Shown: piece by piece, positions 41,501 through 56,500 of the stretch
Layout: every line of letters starts with the position of its first letter
Numbering within the stretch: position 1 is the first letter of the stretch
NCBI GenBank assembly: GCA_965235115.1
Contig: OZ249436.1
Location: 24,368,001 to 24,432,000 of the forward strand
DNA from: Laetmonice hystrix
Lineage: Eukaryota
Direction: 5' to 3'
Length of the DNA: 64,000 bases
Position numbers and translations under genes: made by a program
Notes under the pieces: model-generated
The model's database searches: none
The model's input: the letters and a program-made list of their open reading frames with translations, nothing else
Told to the model about the DNA's origin: nothing

Positions 41501-44500
41501 GCTTGAAAACTAGAATATAGCTTTGTTTAGCTAACAATCTACTCTCCCAGCGCCATCAACTCGCATACAGGCGTAAAAGCAAACGCACTGCCCCATATAA
41601 TGCTCCCAGCCTAAGACGATGTTGCAATTAATTTAAGATTAACAAGATGCACTAGTAATCCGATCCAAGCCTAATTACGTCATTGCTAGTTTCATAACCA
41701 AATCTCACAGAAAATACCCCACCCGCGCACATAACCTGAAAATATTTAACTTTTATCTCCAATGTATCCCTGTGCACCTAGTAGCACACAAGCGGGCCCA
41801 ATTTTGACATCCCAACACAAATACCGCAAATACCCGCCTAATGGCACAAAAAACTTTCTACCCCGTTGCAAGTCACATTAGCGTGCTGCTTGTCGTAAAA
41901 AATGGTGCAGACCATTTCTAAAGTCACAGTACCCCACTCCCGGCCTAATATTACGTTTCAGTATCCATATACGCTGCAAGCGGCAGGAACTCGAATACAG
42001 GCCTAAAAGTAACCTCAGTCTAGCAATATCATACTCCCATGCCATATACGAGCTTGTAATTATCTTTAATTAATGGGCTCCGCAGCACCAACCCACTGCA
42101 TTAACATTTGTTTAACAGCTTAACGCACCTTGTAAAATTTTTTCAAGTGCGTAAAAATGCGTGTCCACCTCCACATACTTTAAAAATCACTATACCCACC
42201 CAGCGACATCCACTCTAATACACGCCTAAAAGGAACTTCACTGTCCCATTTGATTCTCCAGCACGTATAGGATGTTTCAAGTAACATTCATCCACGGTCT
42301 GGCCCAATAACGTGCAGCAAGGCATAGTAAGTCAATGCGAGCTCGCATGTCAAACCTAACCCGCCCCCAAGCACATGAGCTGAAAATATTGAAATAGCTT
42401 GAAAACTAGAATATAGCTTTGCTTAATACCATTATACCATCAACTCGCATTACAGGCCTAATGCGAAGCTCCCAGCCTAAAACGAGTTTCCAATTAATTT
42501 AAAGTTAACAAGATGCACTAATAATCGATTCCAAGCCTAATTAGGCCATTGCTAGTTGGATAACCAAATCTCATACAAAATACACCCTCCCGGCAGATGA
42601 CCTGAGAATATTCAACTCTTATGTCCGATATATCCCTGTCCGCTTAGTAGCACCCAGCCGGGCCCCCATTTTGACATTGCAACACCAATACAGCAAGTGC
42701 CCAGCTAACAGCACAAATAACAGGATTCAGGGCTTCCTACCACGTTACAAGTCACAATAGATTGCTGCCTGTCGTAAAAATATACCAGACCATTTTAAAA
42801 AGTCACAGAACCCCAATCCGGCCCTAATATGTCACTCCCAGTACCAATACACGCTGGAAGCACCATCAACTGAAATTCAGGCCTAGAACCCACCTCTCTC
42901 TACCAATATCATGCACCTAGTCCGTATACGAGGTTGTAATTTACTTTAATCAACGGGCTGCGCCGCAGCAACCCACTCTGGTCTTTGCAATCTTTTTCAA
43001 TATGCGTTAACATTTGTGACCAGCTCAACGCGCCTTGTAAAATTTTTCAAAGTGCGTAAAAGTGTGTGTCCACCCCGACACGCTTTCCAAACCACTATAC
43101 CCACCGAGCGACATCCACTCAAATACAGGCTTCGACCGATCCTCACTGTGCCAATAATCCGCCACAAGGCAAATTCAGTCAATGCAAGCTGGAAAATCGA
43201 ATGTCAAACCTAATGCTCCCCCCCCAGCACGTTAACTGAAAAAAATCAACTAGCTTGAAAACTAGAATATAGCTTTGTTTAGCTAACAATCTACTCTCCC
43301 AGCGCCATCAACTCGCATACAGGCGTAAAAGCAAACGCACTGCCCCATATAATGCTCCCAGCCTAAGACGATGTTGCAATTAATTTAAGATTAACAAGAT
43401 GCACTAGTAATCCGATCCAAGCCTAATTACGTCATTGCTAGTTTCATAACCAAATCTCACAGAAAATACCCCACCCGCGCACATAACCTGAAAATATTCA
43501 ACTTTTATCTCCAATGTATCCCTGTGCACCTAGTAGCACCCAAGCGGGCCCAATTTTGACATTCCAACACAAATACCGCAAATACCCGCCTAATGGCACA
43601 AAAAAACTTTCTACCCCGTTGCAAGTCACATTAGCTTGCTGCTTGTCGTAAAAAATGGTGCAGACCATTTCTAAAGTCACAGTACCCCACTCCCGGCCTA
43701 ATATTACGTTTCAGTATCCATATACGCTGCAAGCGGCAAGAACTCGAATACAGGCCTAAAAGTAACCCCAGTCTAGCAATATCATACTCTCATGCCATAT
43801 ACGAGCTTGTAATTATCTTTAATTAATGGGCTCCGCAGCACCAACCCACTGCATTAACATTTGTTTAACAGCTTGACGCACCTTGTAAAAAATTTTCAAG
43901 TGCGTAAAAATGCGTGTCCACCTCCACATACTTTAAAAATCACTATACCCACCCAGCGACATTCACTCTAATACACGCCTAAGAGGAACTTCACTGTCCC
44001 ATTTGATTCTCCAGCACGTATAGGATGTTTCAAGTAACATTCATCCACGGTCTGGCCCAATAACGTGCAACAAGGCATAGTAAGTCAATGCGAGCTCGCA
44101 TGTCAAACCTAACCCGCCCCCCAGCACATGAGCTGAAAATATTCAAATAGCTTGAAAACTAGAATATAGCTTTGCTTAATACCATTATACCATCAACTCG
44201 CATTACAGGCCTAATGCGAAGCTCCCAGCCTAAAACGAGTTTCCAATTAATTTAAAGTTAACAAGATGCACTAATAATCGATTCCAAGCCTAATTAGGCC
44301 ATTGCTAGTTGGATAACCAAATCTCATACAAAATACACCCTCCCGGCAGATGACCTGAGAATATTCAACTCTTATGTCCGATATATCCCTGTCCGCTTAG
44401 TAGCACCCAGCCGGGCCCCCATTTTGACATTGCAACACCAATACAGCAAGTGCCCAGCTAACAGCACAAATAACAGGATTCAGGGCTTCCTACCACGTTA

Positions 44501-47500
44501 CAAGTCACAATAGATTGCTGCCTGTCGTAAAAATATACCAGACCATTTTAAAAAGTCACAGAACCCCAATCCGGCCCTAATATGTCACTCCCAGTACCAA
44601 TACACTCTGGAAGCACCATCAACTGAAATTCAGGCCTAGAACCCACCTCTCTCTACCAATATCATGCACCTAGTCCGTATACGAGGTTGTAATTTACTTT
44701 AATCAACGGGCTGCGCCGCAGCAACCCACTCTGGTCTTTGCAATCTTTTTCAATATGCGTTAACATTTGTAACCAGCTCAACGCGCCTTGTAAAATTTTT
44801 CAAAGTGCGTAAAAGTGTGTGTCCACCCCGACACGCTTTCCAAACCACTATACCCACCGAGCGACATCCACTCAAATACAGGCTTCGACCGATCCTCACT
44901 GTGCCAATAATCCGCCACAAGGCAAATTCAGTCAATGCAAGCTGGAAAATCGAATGTCAAACCTAATACTCCCCCCCCAGCACGTTAACTGAAAATAATC
45001 AACTAGCTTGAAAACTAGAATATAGCTTTGTTTAGCTAACAATCTACTCTCCCAGCGCCATCAACTCGCATACAGGCGTAAAAGCAAACCCACTGCCCCA
45101 TATAATGCTCCCAGCCTAAAACGATGTTGCAATTAATTTAAAATTAACAAGATGCACTAGTAATCCGATCCAAGCTTAATTACGTCATTGCTAGTTTCAT
45201 AACCAAATCTCACAGAAAATACCCCACCCGGGCACATAACCTGAAAATATTCAACTTTTATCTCCAATGTATCCCTGTGCACCTAGTAGCACCCAAGCGG
45301 GCCCAATTTTGACATCCCAACACAAATACCGCAAATACCCGCCTAATGGCACAAAAAACTTTCTACCCCGTTGCAAGTCACATTAGCGTGCTGCTTGTCG
45401 TAAAAAATGGTGCAGACCATTTCTAAAGTCACAGTACCCCACTCCCGGCCTAATATTACGTTTCAGTATCCATATACACTGCAAGCGGCAGGAACTCGAA
45501 TACAGGCCTAAAAGTAACCTCAGTCTAGCAATATCATACTCCCATGCCATATACGAGCTTGTAATTATCTTTAATTAATGGGCTCCGCAGCACCAACCCA
45601 CTGCATTAACATTTGTTTAACAGCTTAACACACCTTGTAAAATTTTTTCAAGTGCGTAAAAATGCGTGTCCACCTCCACATACTTTAAAAATCACTATAC
45701 CCACCCAGCGACATCCACTCTAATACACGCCTAAAAGGAACTTCACTGTCCCATTTGATTCTCCAGCACGTATAGGATGTTTCAAGTAACATTCATCCAC
45801 GGTCTGGCCCAATAACGTGCAACAAGGCATAGTAAGTCAATGCGAGCTCGCATGTCAAACCTAACCCGCCCCCAAGCACATGAGCTGAAAATATTCAAAT
45901 AGCTTGAAAACTAGAATATAGCTTTGCTTAATACCATTATACCATCAACTCGCATTACAGGCCTAATGCGAAGCTCCCAGCCTAAAACGAGTTTCCAATT
46001 AATTTAAAGTTAACAAGATGCACTAATAATCGATTCCAAGCCTAATTAGGCCATTGCTAGTTGGATAACCAAATCTCATACAAAATACACCCTCCCGGCA
46101 GATGACCTGAGAATATTCAACTCTTATGTCCGATATATCCCTGTCCGCTTAGTAGCACCCAGCCGGGCCCCCATTTTGACATTGCAACACCAATACAGCA
46201 AGTGCCCAGCTAACAGCACAAATAACAGGATTCAGGGCTTCCTACCACGTTACAAGTCACAATAGATTGCTGCCTGTCGTAAAAATATACCAGACCATTT
46301 TAAAAAGTCACAGAACCCCAATCCGGCCCTAATATGTCACTCCCAGTACCAATACACGCTGGAAGCACCATCAACTGAAATTCAGGCCTAGAACCCACCT
46401 CTCTCTACCAATATCATGCACCTAGTCCGTATACGAGGTTGTAATTTACTTTAATCAACGGGCTGCGCCGCAGCAACCCACTCTGGTCTTTGCAATCTTT
46501 TTCAATATGCGTTAACATTTGTAACCAGCTCAACGCGCCTTGTAAAATTTTTCAAAGTGCGTAAAAGTGTGTGTCCACCCCGACACGCTTTCCAAACCAC
46601 TATACCCACCGAGCGACATCCACTCAAATACAGGCTTCGACCGATCCTCACTGTGCCAATAATCCGCCACAAGGCAAATTCAGTCAATGCAAGCTGGAAA
46701 ATCGAATGTCAAACCTAATGCTCCCCCCCCCCCAGCACGTTAACTGAAAATAATCAACTAGCTTGAAAACTAGAATATAGCTTTGTTAAGCTAACAATCT
46801 ACTCTCCCAGCGCCATCAACTCGCATACAGGCGTAAAAGCAAACGCACTGCCCCATATAATGCTTCCAGCCTAAAACGATGTTGCAATTAATTTAAAATT
46901 AACAAGATGCACTAGTAATCCGATCCAAGCCTAATTACGTCATTGCTAGTTTCATAACCAAATCTCACAGAAAATACCCCACCCGCGCACATAACCTGAA
47001 AATATTCAACTTTTATCTCCAATGTATCCCTGTGCACCTAGTAGCACCCAAGCGGGCCCAATTTTGACATTCCAACACAAATACCGCAAATACCCGCCTA
47101 ATGGCACAAAAAACTTTCTACCCCGTTGCAAGTCACATTAGCTTGCTGCTTGTCGTAAAAAATGGTGCAGACCATTTCTAAAGTCACAGTACCCCACTCC
47201 CGGCCTAATATTACGTTTCAGTATCCATATACGCTGCAAGCGGCAGGAACTCGAATACAGGCCTAAAAGTAACCCCAGTCTAGCAATATCATACTCTCAT
47301 GCCATATACGAGCTTGTAATTATCTTTAATTAATGGGCTCCGCAGCACCAACCCACTGCATTAACATTTGTTTAACAGCTTAACGCACCTTGTAAAAAAT
47401 TTTCAAGTGCGTAAAAATGCGTGTCCACCTCCACATACTTTAAAAATCACTATACCCACCCAGCGACATTCACTCTAATACACGCCTAAGAGGAACTTCA

Positions 47501-50500
47501 CTGTCCCATTTGATTCTCCAGCACGTATAGGATGTTTCAAGTAACATTTATCCACGGTCTGGCCCAATAACGTGCAACAAGGCATAGTAAGTCAATGCGA
47601 CCTCGCATGTCAAACCTAACCCGCCCCCCAGCACATGAGCTGGAGATATTCAAATAGCTTGAAAACTAGAATATAGCTTTGCTTAATACCATTATACCAT
47701 CAACTCGCATTACAGGCCTAATGCGAAGCTCCCAGCCTAAAACGAGTTTCCAATTAATTTAAAGTTAACAAGATGCACTAATAATCGATTCCAAGCCTAA
47801 TTAGGCCATTGCTAGTTGGATAACCAAATCTCATACAAAATACACCCTCCCGGCAGATGACCTGAGAATATTCAACTCTTATGTCCGATATATCCCTGTC
47901 CGCTTAGTAGCACCCAGCCGGGCCCCCATTTTGACATTGCAACACCAATACAGCAAGTGCCCAGCTAACAGCACAAATAACAGGATTCAGGGCTTCCTAC
48001 CACGTTACAAGTCACAATAGATTGCTGCCTGTCGTAAAAATATACCAGACCATTTTAAAAAGTCACAGAACCCCAATCCGGCCCTAATATGTCACTCCCA
48101 GTACCAATAGACGCTGGAAGCACCATCAACTGAAATTCAGGCCTAGAACCCACCTCTCTCTACCAATATCATGCACCTAGTCCGTATACGAGGTTGTAAT
48201 TTACTTTAATCAACGGGCTGCGCCGCAGCAACCCACTCTGGTCTTTGCAATCTTTTTCAATATGCGTTAACATTTGTGACCAGCTCAACGCGCCTTGTAA
48301 AATTTTTCAAAGTGCGTAAAAGTGTGTGTCCACCCCGACACGCTTTCCAAACCACTATACCCACCGAGCGACATCCACTCAAATACAGGCTTCGACCGAT
48401 CCTCACTGTGCCAATAATCCGCCACAAGGCAAATTCAGTCAATGCAAGCTGGAAAATCGAATGTCAAACCTAATGCTCCCCCCCCCCAGCACGTTAACTG
48501 AAAATAATCAACTAGCTTGAAAACTAGAATATAGCTTTGTTAAGCTAACAATCTACTCTCCCAGCGCCATCAACTCGCATACAGGCGTAAAAGCAAACGC
48601 ACTGCCCCATATAATGCTCCCAGCCTAAAACGATGTTGCAATTAATTTAAAATTAACAAGATGCACTAGTAATCCGATCCAAGCCTAATTACGTCATTGC
48701 TAGTTTCATAACCAAATCTCACAGAAAATACCCCACCCGCGCACATAACCTGAAAATATTCAACTTTTATCTCCAATGTATCCCTGTGCACCTAGTAGCA
48801 CCCAAGCGGGCCCAATTTTGACATTCCAACACAAATACCGCAAATACCCGCCTAATGGCACAAAAAACTTTCTACCCCGTTGCAAGTCACATTAGCTTGC
48901 TGCTTGTCGTAAAAAATGGTGCAGACCATTTCTAAAGTCACAGTACCCCACTCCCGGCCTAATATTACGTTTCAGTATCCATATACGCTGCAAGCGGCAG
49001 GAACTCGAATACAGGCCTAAAAGTAACCCCAGTCTAGCAATATCATACTCTCATGCCATATACGAGCTTGTAATTATCTTTAATTAATGGGCTCCGCAGC
49101 ACCAACCCACTGCATTAACATTTGTTTAACAGCTTAACGCACCTTGTAAAAAATTTTCAAGTGCGTAAAAATGCGTGTCCACCTCCACATACTTTAAACA
49201 TCACTATACCCACCCAGCGACATTCAGTCTAATACACGCCTAAGAGGAACTTCACTGTCCCATTTGATTCTCCAGCACGTATAGGATGTTTCAAGTAACA
49301 TTTATCCACGGTCTGGCCCAATAACGTGCAACAAGGCATAGTAAGTCAATGCGACCTCGCATGTCAAACCTAACCCGCCCCCCAGCACATGAGCTGGAGA
49401 TATTCAAATAGCTTGAAAACTAGAATATAGCTTTGCTTAATACCATTATACCATCAACTCGCATTACAGGCCTAATGCGAAGCTCCCAGCCTAAAACGAG
49501 TTTCCAATTAATTTAAAGTTAACAAGATGCACTAATAATCGATTCCAAGCCTAATTAGGCCATTGCTAGTTGGATAACCAAATCTCATACAAAATACACC
49601 CTCCCGGCAGATGACCTGAGAATATTCAACTCTTATGTCCGATATATCCCTGTCCGCTTAGTAGCACCCAGCCGGGCCCCCATTTTGACATTGCAACACC
49701 AATACAGCAAGTGCCCAGCTAACAGCACAAATAACAGGATTCAGGGCTTCCTACCACGTTACAAGTCACAATAGATTGCTGCCTGTCGTAAAAATATACC
49801 AGACCATTTTAAAAAGTCACAGAACCCCAATCCGGCCCTAATATGTCACTCCCAGTACCAATAGACGCTGGAAGCACCATCAACTGAAATTCAGGCCTAG
49901 AACCCACCTCTCTCTACCAATATCATGCACCTAGTCCGTATACGAGGTTGTAATTTACTTTAATCAACGGGCTGCGCCGCAGCAACCCACTCTGGTCTTT
50001 GCAATCTTTTTCAATATGCGTTAACATTTGTGACCAGCTCAACGCGCCTTGTAAAATTTTTCAAAGTGCGTAAAAGTGTGTGTCCACCCCGACACGCTTT
50101 CCAAACCACTATACCCACTGAGCGACATCCACTCAAATACAGGCTTCGACCGATCCTCACTGTGCCAATAATCCGCCACAAGGCAAATTCAGTCAATGCA
50201 AGCTGGAAAATCGAATGTCAAACCTAATGCTCCCCCCCCCAGCACGTTAACTGAAAAAAATCAACTAGCTTGAAAACTAGAATATAGCTTTGTTTAGCTA
50301 ACAATCTACTCTCCCAGCGCCATCAACTCGCATACAGGCGTAAAAGCAAACGCACTGCCCCATATAATGCTCCCAGCCTAAGACGATGTTGCAATTAATT
50401 TAAGATTAACAAGATGCACTAGTAATCCGATCCAAGCCTAATTACGTCATTGCTAGTTTCATAACCAAATCTCACAGAAAATACCCCACCCGCGCACATA

Positions 50501-53500
50501 ACCTGAAAATATTTAACTTTTATCTCCAATGTATCCCTGTGCACCTAGTAGCACCCAAGCGGGCCCAATTTTGACATCCCAACACAAATACCGCAAATAC
50601 CCGCCTAATGGCACAAAAAACTTTCTACCCCGTTGCAAGTCACATTAGCGTGCTGCTTGTCGTAAAAAATGGTGCAGACCATTTCTAAAGTCACAGTACC
50701 CCACTCCCGGCCTAATATTACGTTTCAGTATCCATATACGCTGCAAGCGGCAGGAACTCGAATACAGGCCTAAAAGTAACCTCAGTCTAGCAATATCATA
50801 CTCCCATGCCATATACGAGCTTGTAATTATCTTTAATTAATGGGCTCCGCAGCACCAACCCACTGCATTAACATTTGTTTAACAGCTTAACGCACCTTGT
50901 AAAATTTTTTCAAGTGCGTAAAAATGCGTGTCCACCTCCACATACTTTAAAAATCACTATACCCACCCAGCGACATCCACTCTAATACACGCCTAAAAGG
51001 AACTTCACTGTCCCATTTGATTCTCCAGCACGTATAGGATGTTTCAAGTAACATTCATCCACGGTCTGGCCCAATAACGTGCAGCAAGGCATAGTAAGTC
51101 AATGCGAGCTCGCATGTCAAACCTAACCCGCCCCCAAGCACATGAGCTGAAAATATTCAAATAGCTTGAAAACTAGAATATAGCTTTGCTTAATACCATT
51201 ATACCATCAACTCGCATTACAGGCCTAATGCGAAGCTCCCAGCCTAAAACGAGTTTCCAATTAATTTAAAGTTAACAAGATGCACTAATAATCGATTCCA
51301 AGCCTAATTAGGCCATTGCTAGTTGGATAACCAAATCTCATACAAAATACACCCTCCCGGCAGATGACCTGAGAATATTCAACTCTTATGTCCGATATAT
51401 CCCTGTCCGCTTAGTAGCACCCAGCCGGGCCCCCATTTTGACATTGCAACACCAATACAGCAAGTGCCCAGCTAACAGCACAAATAACAGGATTCAGGGC
51501 TTCCTACCACGTTACAAGTCACAATAGATTGCTGCCTGTCGTAAAAATATACCAGACCATTTTAAAAAGTCACAGAACCCCAATCCGGCCCTAATATGTC
51601 ACTCCCAGTACCAATAGACGCTGGAAGCACCATCAACTGAAATTCAGGCCTAGAACCCACCTCTCTCTACCAATATCATGCACCTAGTCCGTATACGAGG
51701 TTGTAATTTCCTTTAATCAACGGGCTGCGCCGCAGCAACCCACTCTGGTCTTTGCAATCTTTTTCAATATGCGTTAACATTTGTGACCAGCTCAACGCGC
51801 CTTGTAAAATTTTTCAAAGTGCGTAAAAGTGTGTGTCCACCCCGACACGCTTTCCAAACCACTATACCCACCGAGCGACATCCACTCAAATACAGGCTTC
51901 GACCGATCCTCACTGTGCCAATAATCCGCCACAAGGCAAATTCAGTCAATGCAAGCTGGAAAATCGAATGTCAAACCTAATGCTCCCCCCCCAGCACGTT
52001 AACTGAAAAAAATCAACTAGCTTGAAAACTAGAATATAGCTTTGTTTAGCTAACAATCTACTCTCCCAGCGCCATCAACTCGCATACAGGCGTAAAAGCA
52101 AACGCACTGCCCCATATAATGCTCCCAGCCTAAGACGATGTTGCAATTAATTTAAGATTAACAAGATGCACTAGTAATCCGATCCAAGCCTAATTACGTC
52201 ATTGCTAGTTTCATAACCAAATCTCACAGAAAATACCCCACCCGCGCACATAACCTGAAAATATTCAACTTTTATCTCCAATGTATCCCTGTGCACCTAG
52301 TAGCACCCAAGCGGGCCCAATTTTGACATTCCAACACAAATACCGCAAATACCCGCCTAATGGCACAAAAAAACTTTCTACCCCGTTGCAAGTCACATTA
52401 GCTTGCTGCTTGTCGTAAAAAATGGTGCAGACCATTTCTAAAGTCACAGTACCCCACTCCCGGCCTAATATTACGTTTCAGTATCCATATACGCTGCAAG
52501 CGGCAAGAACTCGAATACAGGCCTAAAAGTAACCCCAGTCTAGCAATATCATACTCTCATGCCATATACGAGCTTGTAATTATCTTTAATTAATGGGCTC
52601 CGCAGCACCAACCCACTGCATTAACATTTGTTTAACAGCTTGACGCACCTTGTAAAAAATTTTCAAGTGCGTAAAAATGCGTGTCCACCTCCACATACTT
52701 TAAAAATCACTATACCCACCCAGCGACATTCACTCTAATACACGCCTAAGAGGAACTTCACTGTCCCATTTGATTCTCCAGCACGTATAGGATGTTTCAA
52801 GTAACATTCATCCACGGTCTGGCCCAATAACGTGCAACAAGGCATAGTAAGTCAATGCGAGCTCGCATGTCAAACCTAACCCGCCCCCCAGCACATGAGC
52901 TGAAAATATTCAAATAGCTTGAAAACTAGAATATAGCTTTGCTTAATACCATTATACCATCAACTCGCATTACAGGCCTAATGCGAAGCTCCCAGCCTAA
53001 AACGAGTTTCCAATTAATTTAAAGTTAACAAGATGCACTAATAATCGATTCCAAGCCTAATTAGGCCATTGCTAGTTGGATAACCAAATCTCATACAAAA
53101 TACACCCTCCCGGCAGATGACCTGAGAATATTCAACTCTTATGTCCGATATATCCCTGTCCGCTTTGTAGCACCCAGCCGGGCCCCCATTTTGACATTGC
53201 AACACCAATACAGCAAGTGCCTAGCTAACAGCACAAATAACAGGATTCAGGGCTTCCTACCACGTTACAAGTCACAATAGATTGCTGCCTGTCGTAAAAA
53301 TATACCAGACCATTTTAAAAAGTCACAGAACCCCAATCCGGCCCTAATATGTCACTCCCAGTACCAATACACTCTGGAAGCACCATCAACTGAAATTCAG
53401 GCCTAGAACCCACCTCTCTCTACCAATATCATGCACCTAGTCCGTATACGAGGTTGTAATTTACTTTAATCAACGGGCTGCGCCGCAGCAACCCACTCTG

Positions 53501-56500
53501 GTCTTTGCAATCTTTTTCAATATGCGTTAACATTTGTAACCAGCTCAACGCGCCTTGTAAAATTTTTCAAAGTGCGTAAAAGTGTGTGTCCACCCCGACA
53601 CGCTTTCCAAACCACTATACCCACCGAGCGACATCCACTCAAATACAGGCTTCGACCGATCCTCACTGTGCCAATAATCCGCCACAAGGCAAATTCAGTC
53701 AATGCAAGCTGGAAAATCGAATGTCAAACCTAATACTCCCCCCCCCAGCACGTTAACTGAAAATAATCAACTAGCTTGAAAACTAGAATATAGCTTTGTT
53801 TAGCTAACAATCTACTCTCCCAGCGCCATCAACTCGCATACAGGCGTAAAAGCAAACGCACTGCCCCATATAATGCTCCCAGCCTAAAACGATGTTGCAA
53901 TTAATTTAAAATTAACAAGATGCACTAGTAATCCGATCCAAGCTTAATTACGTCATTGCTAGTTTCATAACCAAATCTCACAGAAAATACCCCACCCGGG
54001 CACATAACCTGAAAATATTCAACTTTTATCTCCAATGTATCCCTGTGCACCTAGTAGCACCCAAGCGGGCCCAATTTTGACATCCCAACACAAATACCGC
54101 AAATACCCGCCTAATGGCACAAAAAACTTTCTACCCCGTTGCAAGTCACATTAGCGTGCTGCTTGTCGTAAAAAATGGTGCAGACCATTTCTAAAGTCAC
54201 AGTACCCCACTCCCGGCCTAATATTACGTTTCAGTATCCATATACGCTGCAAGCGGCAGGAACTCGAATACAGGCCTAAAAGTAACCTCAGTCTAGCAAT
54301 ATCATACTCCCATGCCATATACGAGCTTGTAATTATCTTTAATTAATGGGCTCCGCAGCACCAACCCACTGCATTAACATTTGTTTAACAGCTTAACACA
54401 CGTTGTAAAATTTTTTCAAGTGCGTAAAAATGCGTGTCCACCTCCACATACTTTAAAAATCACTATACCCACCCAGCGACATCCACTCTAATACACGCCT
54501 AAAAGGAACTTCACTGTCCCATTTGATTCTCCAGCACGTATAGGATGTTTCAAGTAACATTCATCCACGGTCTGGCCCAATAACGTGCAACAAGGCATAG
54601 TAAGTCAATGCGAGCTCGCATGTCAAACCTAACCCGCCCCCAAGCACATGAGCTGAAAATATTCAAATAGCTTGAAAACTAGAATATAGCTTTGCTTAAT
54701 ACCATTATACCATCAACTCGCATTACAGGCCTAATGCGAAGCTCCCAGCCTAAAACGAGTTTCCAATTAATTTAAAGTTAACAAGATGCACTAATAATCG
54801 ATTCCAAGCCTAATTAGGCCATTGCTAGTTGGATAACCAAATCTCATACAAAATACACCCTCCCGGCAGATGACCTGAGAATATTCAACTCTTATGTCCG
54901 ATATATCCCTGTCCGCTTAGTAGCACCCAGCCGGGCCCCCATTTTGACATTGCAACACCAATACAGCAAGTGCCCAGCTAACAGCACAAATAACAGGATT
55001 CAGGGCTTCCTACCACGTTACAAGTCACAATAGATTGCTGCCTGTCGTAAAAATATACCAGACCATTTTAAAAAGTCACAGAACCCCAATCCGGCCCTAA
55101 TATGTCACTCCCAGTACCAATAGACGCTGGAAGCACCATCAACTGAAATTCAGGCCTAGAACCCACCTCTCTCTACCAATATCATGCACCTAGTCCGTAT
55201 ACGAGGTTGTAATTTCCTTTAATCAACGGGCTGCGCCGCAGCAACCCACTCTGGTCTTTGCAATCTTTTTCAATATGCGTTAACATTTGTGACCAGCTCA
55301 ACGCGCCTTGTAAAATTTTTCAAAGTGCGTAAAAGTGTGTGTCCACCCCGACACGCTTTCCAAACCACTATACCCACCGAGCGACATCCACTCAAATACA
55401 GGCTTCGACCGATCCTCACTGTGCCAATAATCCGCCACAAGGCAAATTCAGTCAATGCAAGCTGGAAAATCGAATGTCAAACCTAATGCTCCCCCCCCAG
55501 CACGTTAACTGAAAAAAATCAACTAGCTTGAAAACTAGAATATAGCTTTGTTTAGCTAACAATCTACTCTCCCAGCGCCATCAACTCGCATACAGGCGTA
55601 AAAGCAAACGCACTGCCCCATATAATGCTCCCAGCATAAAACGATGTTGCAATTAATTTAAAATTAACAAGATGCACTAGTAATCCGATCCAAGCTTAAT
55701 TACGTCATTGCTAGTTTCATAACCAAATCTCACAGAAAATACCCCACCCGGGCACATAACCTGAAAATATTCAACTTTTATCTCCAATGTATCCCTGTGC
55801 ACCTAGTAGCACCCAAGCGGGCCCAATTTTGACATTCCAACACAAATACCGCAAATACCCGCCTAATGGCACAAAAAACTTTCTACCCCGTTGCAAGTCA
55901 CATTAGCTTGCTGCTTGTCGTAAAAAATGGTGCAGACCATTTCTAAAGTCACAGTACCCCACTCCCGGCCTAATATTACGTTTCAGTATCCATATACGCT
56001 GCAAGCGGCAGGAACTCGAATACAGGCCTAAAAGTAACCCCAGTCTAGCAATATCATACTCTCATGCCATATACGAGCTTGTAATTATCTTTAATTAATG
56101 GGCTCCGCAGCACCAACCCACTGCATTAACATTTGTTTAACAGCTTAACGCACCTTGTAAAAAAATTTTCAAGTGCGTAAAAATGCGTGTCCACCTCCAC
56201 ATACTTTAAAAATCACTATACCCACCCAGCGACATTCACTCTAATACACGCCTAAGAGGAACTTCACTGTCCCATTTGATTCTCCAGCACGTATAGGATG
56301 TTTCAAGTAACATTTATCCACGGTCTGGCCCAATAACGTGCAACAAGGCATAGTAAGTCAATGCGAGCTCGCATGTCAAACCTAACCCGCCCCCCAGCAC
56401 ATGAGCTGAAAATATTCAAATAGCTTGAAAACTAGAATATAGCTTTGCTTAATACCATTATACCATCAACTCGCATTACAGGCCTAATGCGAAGCTCCCA

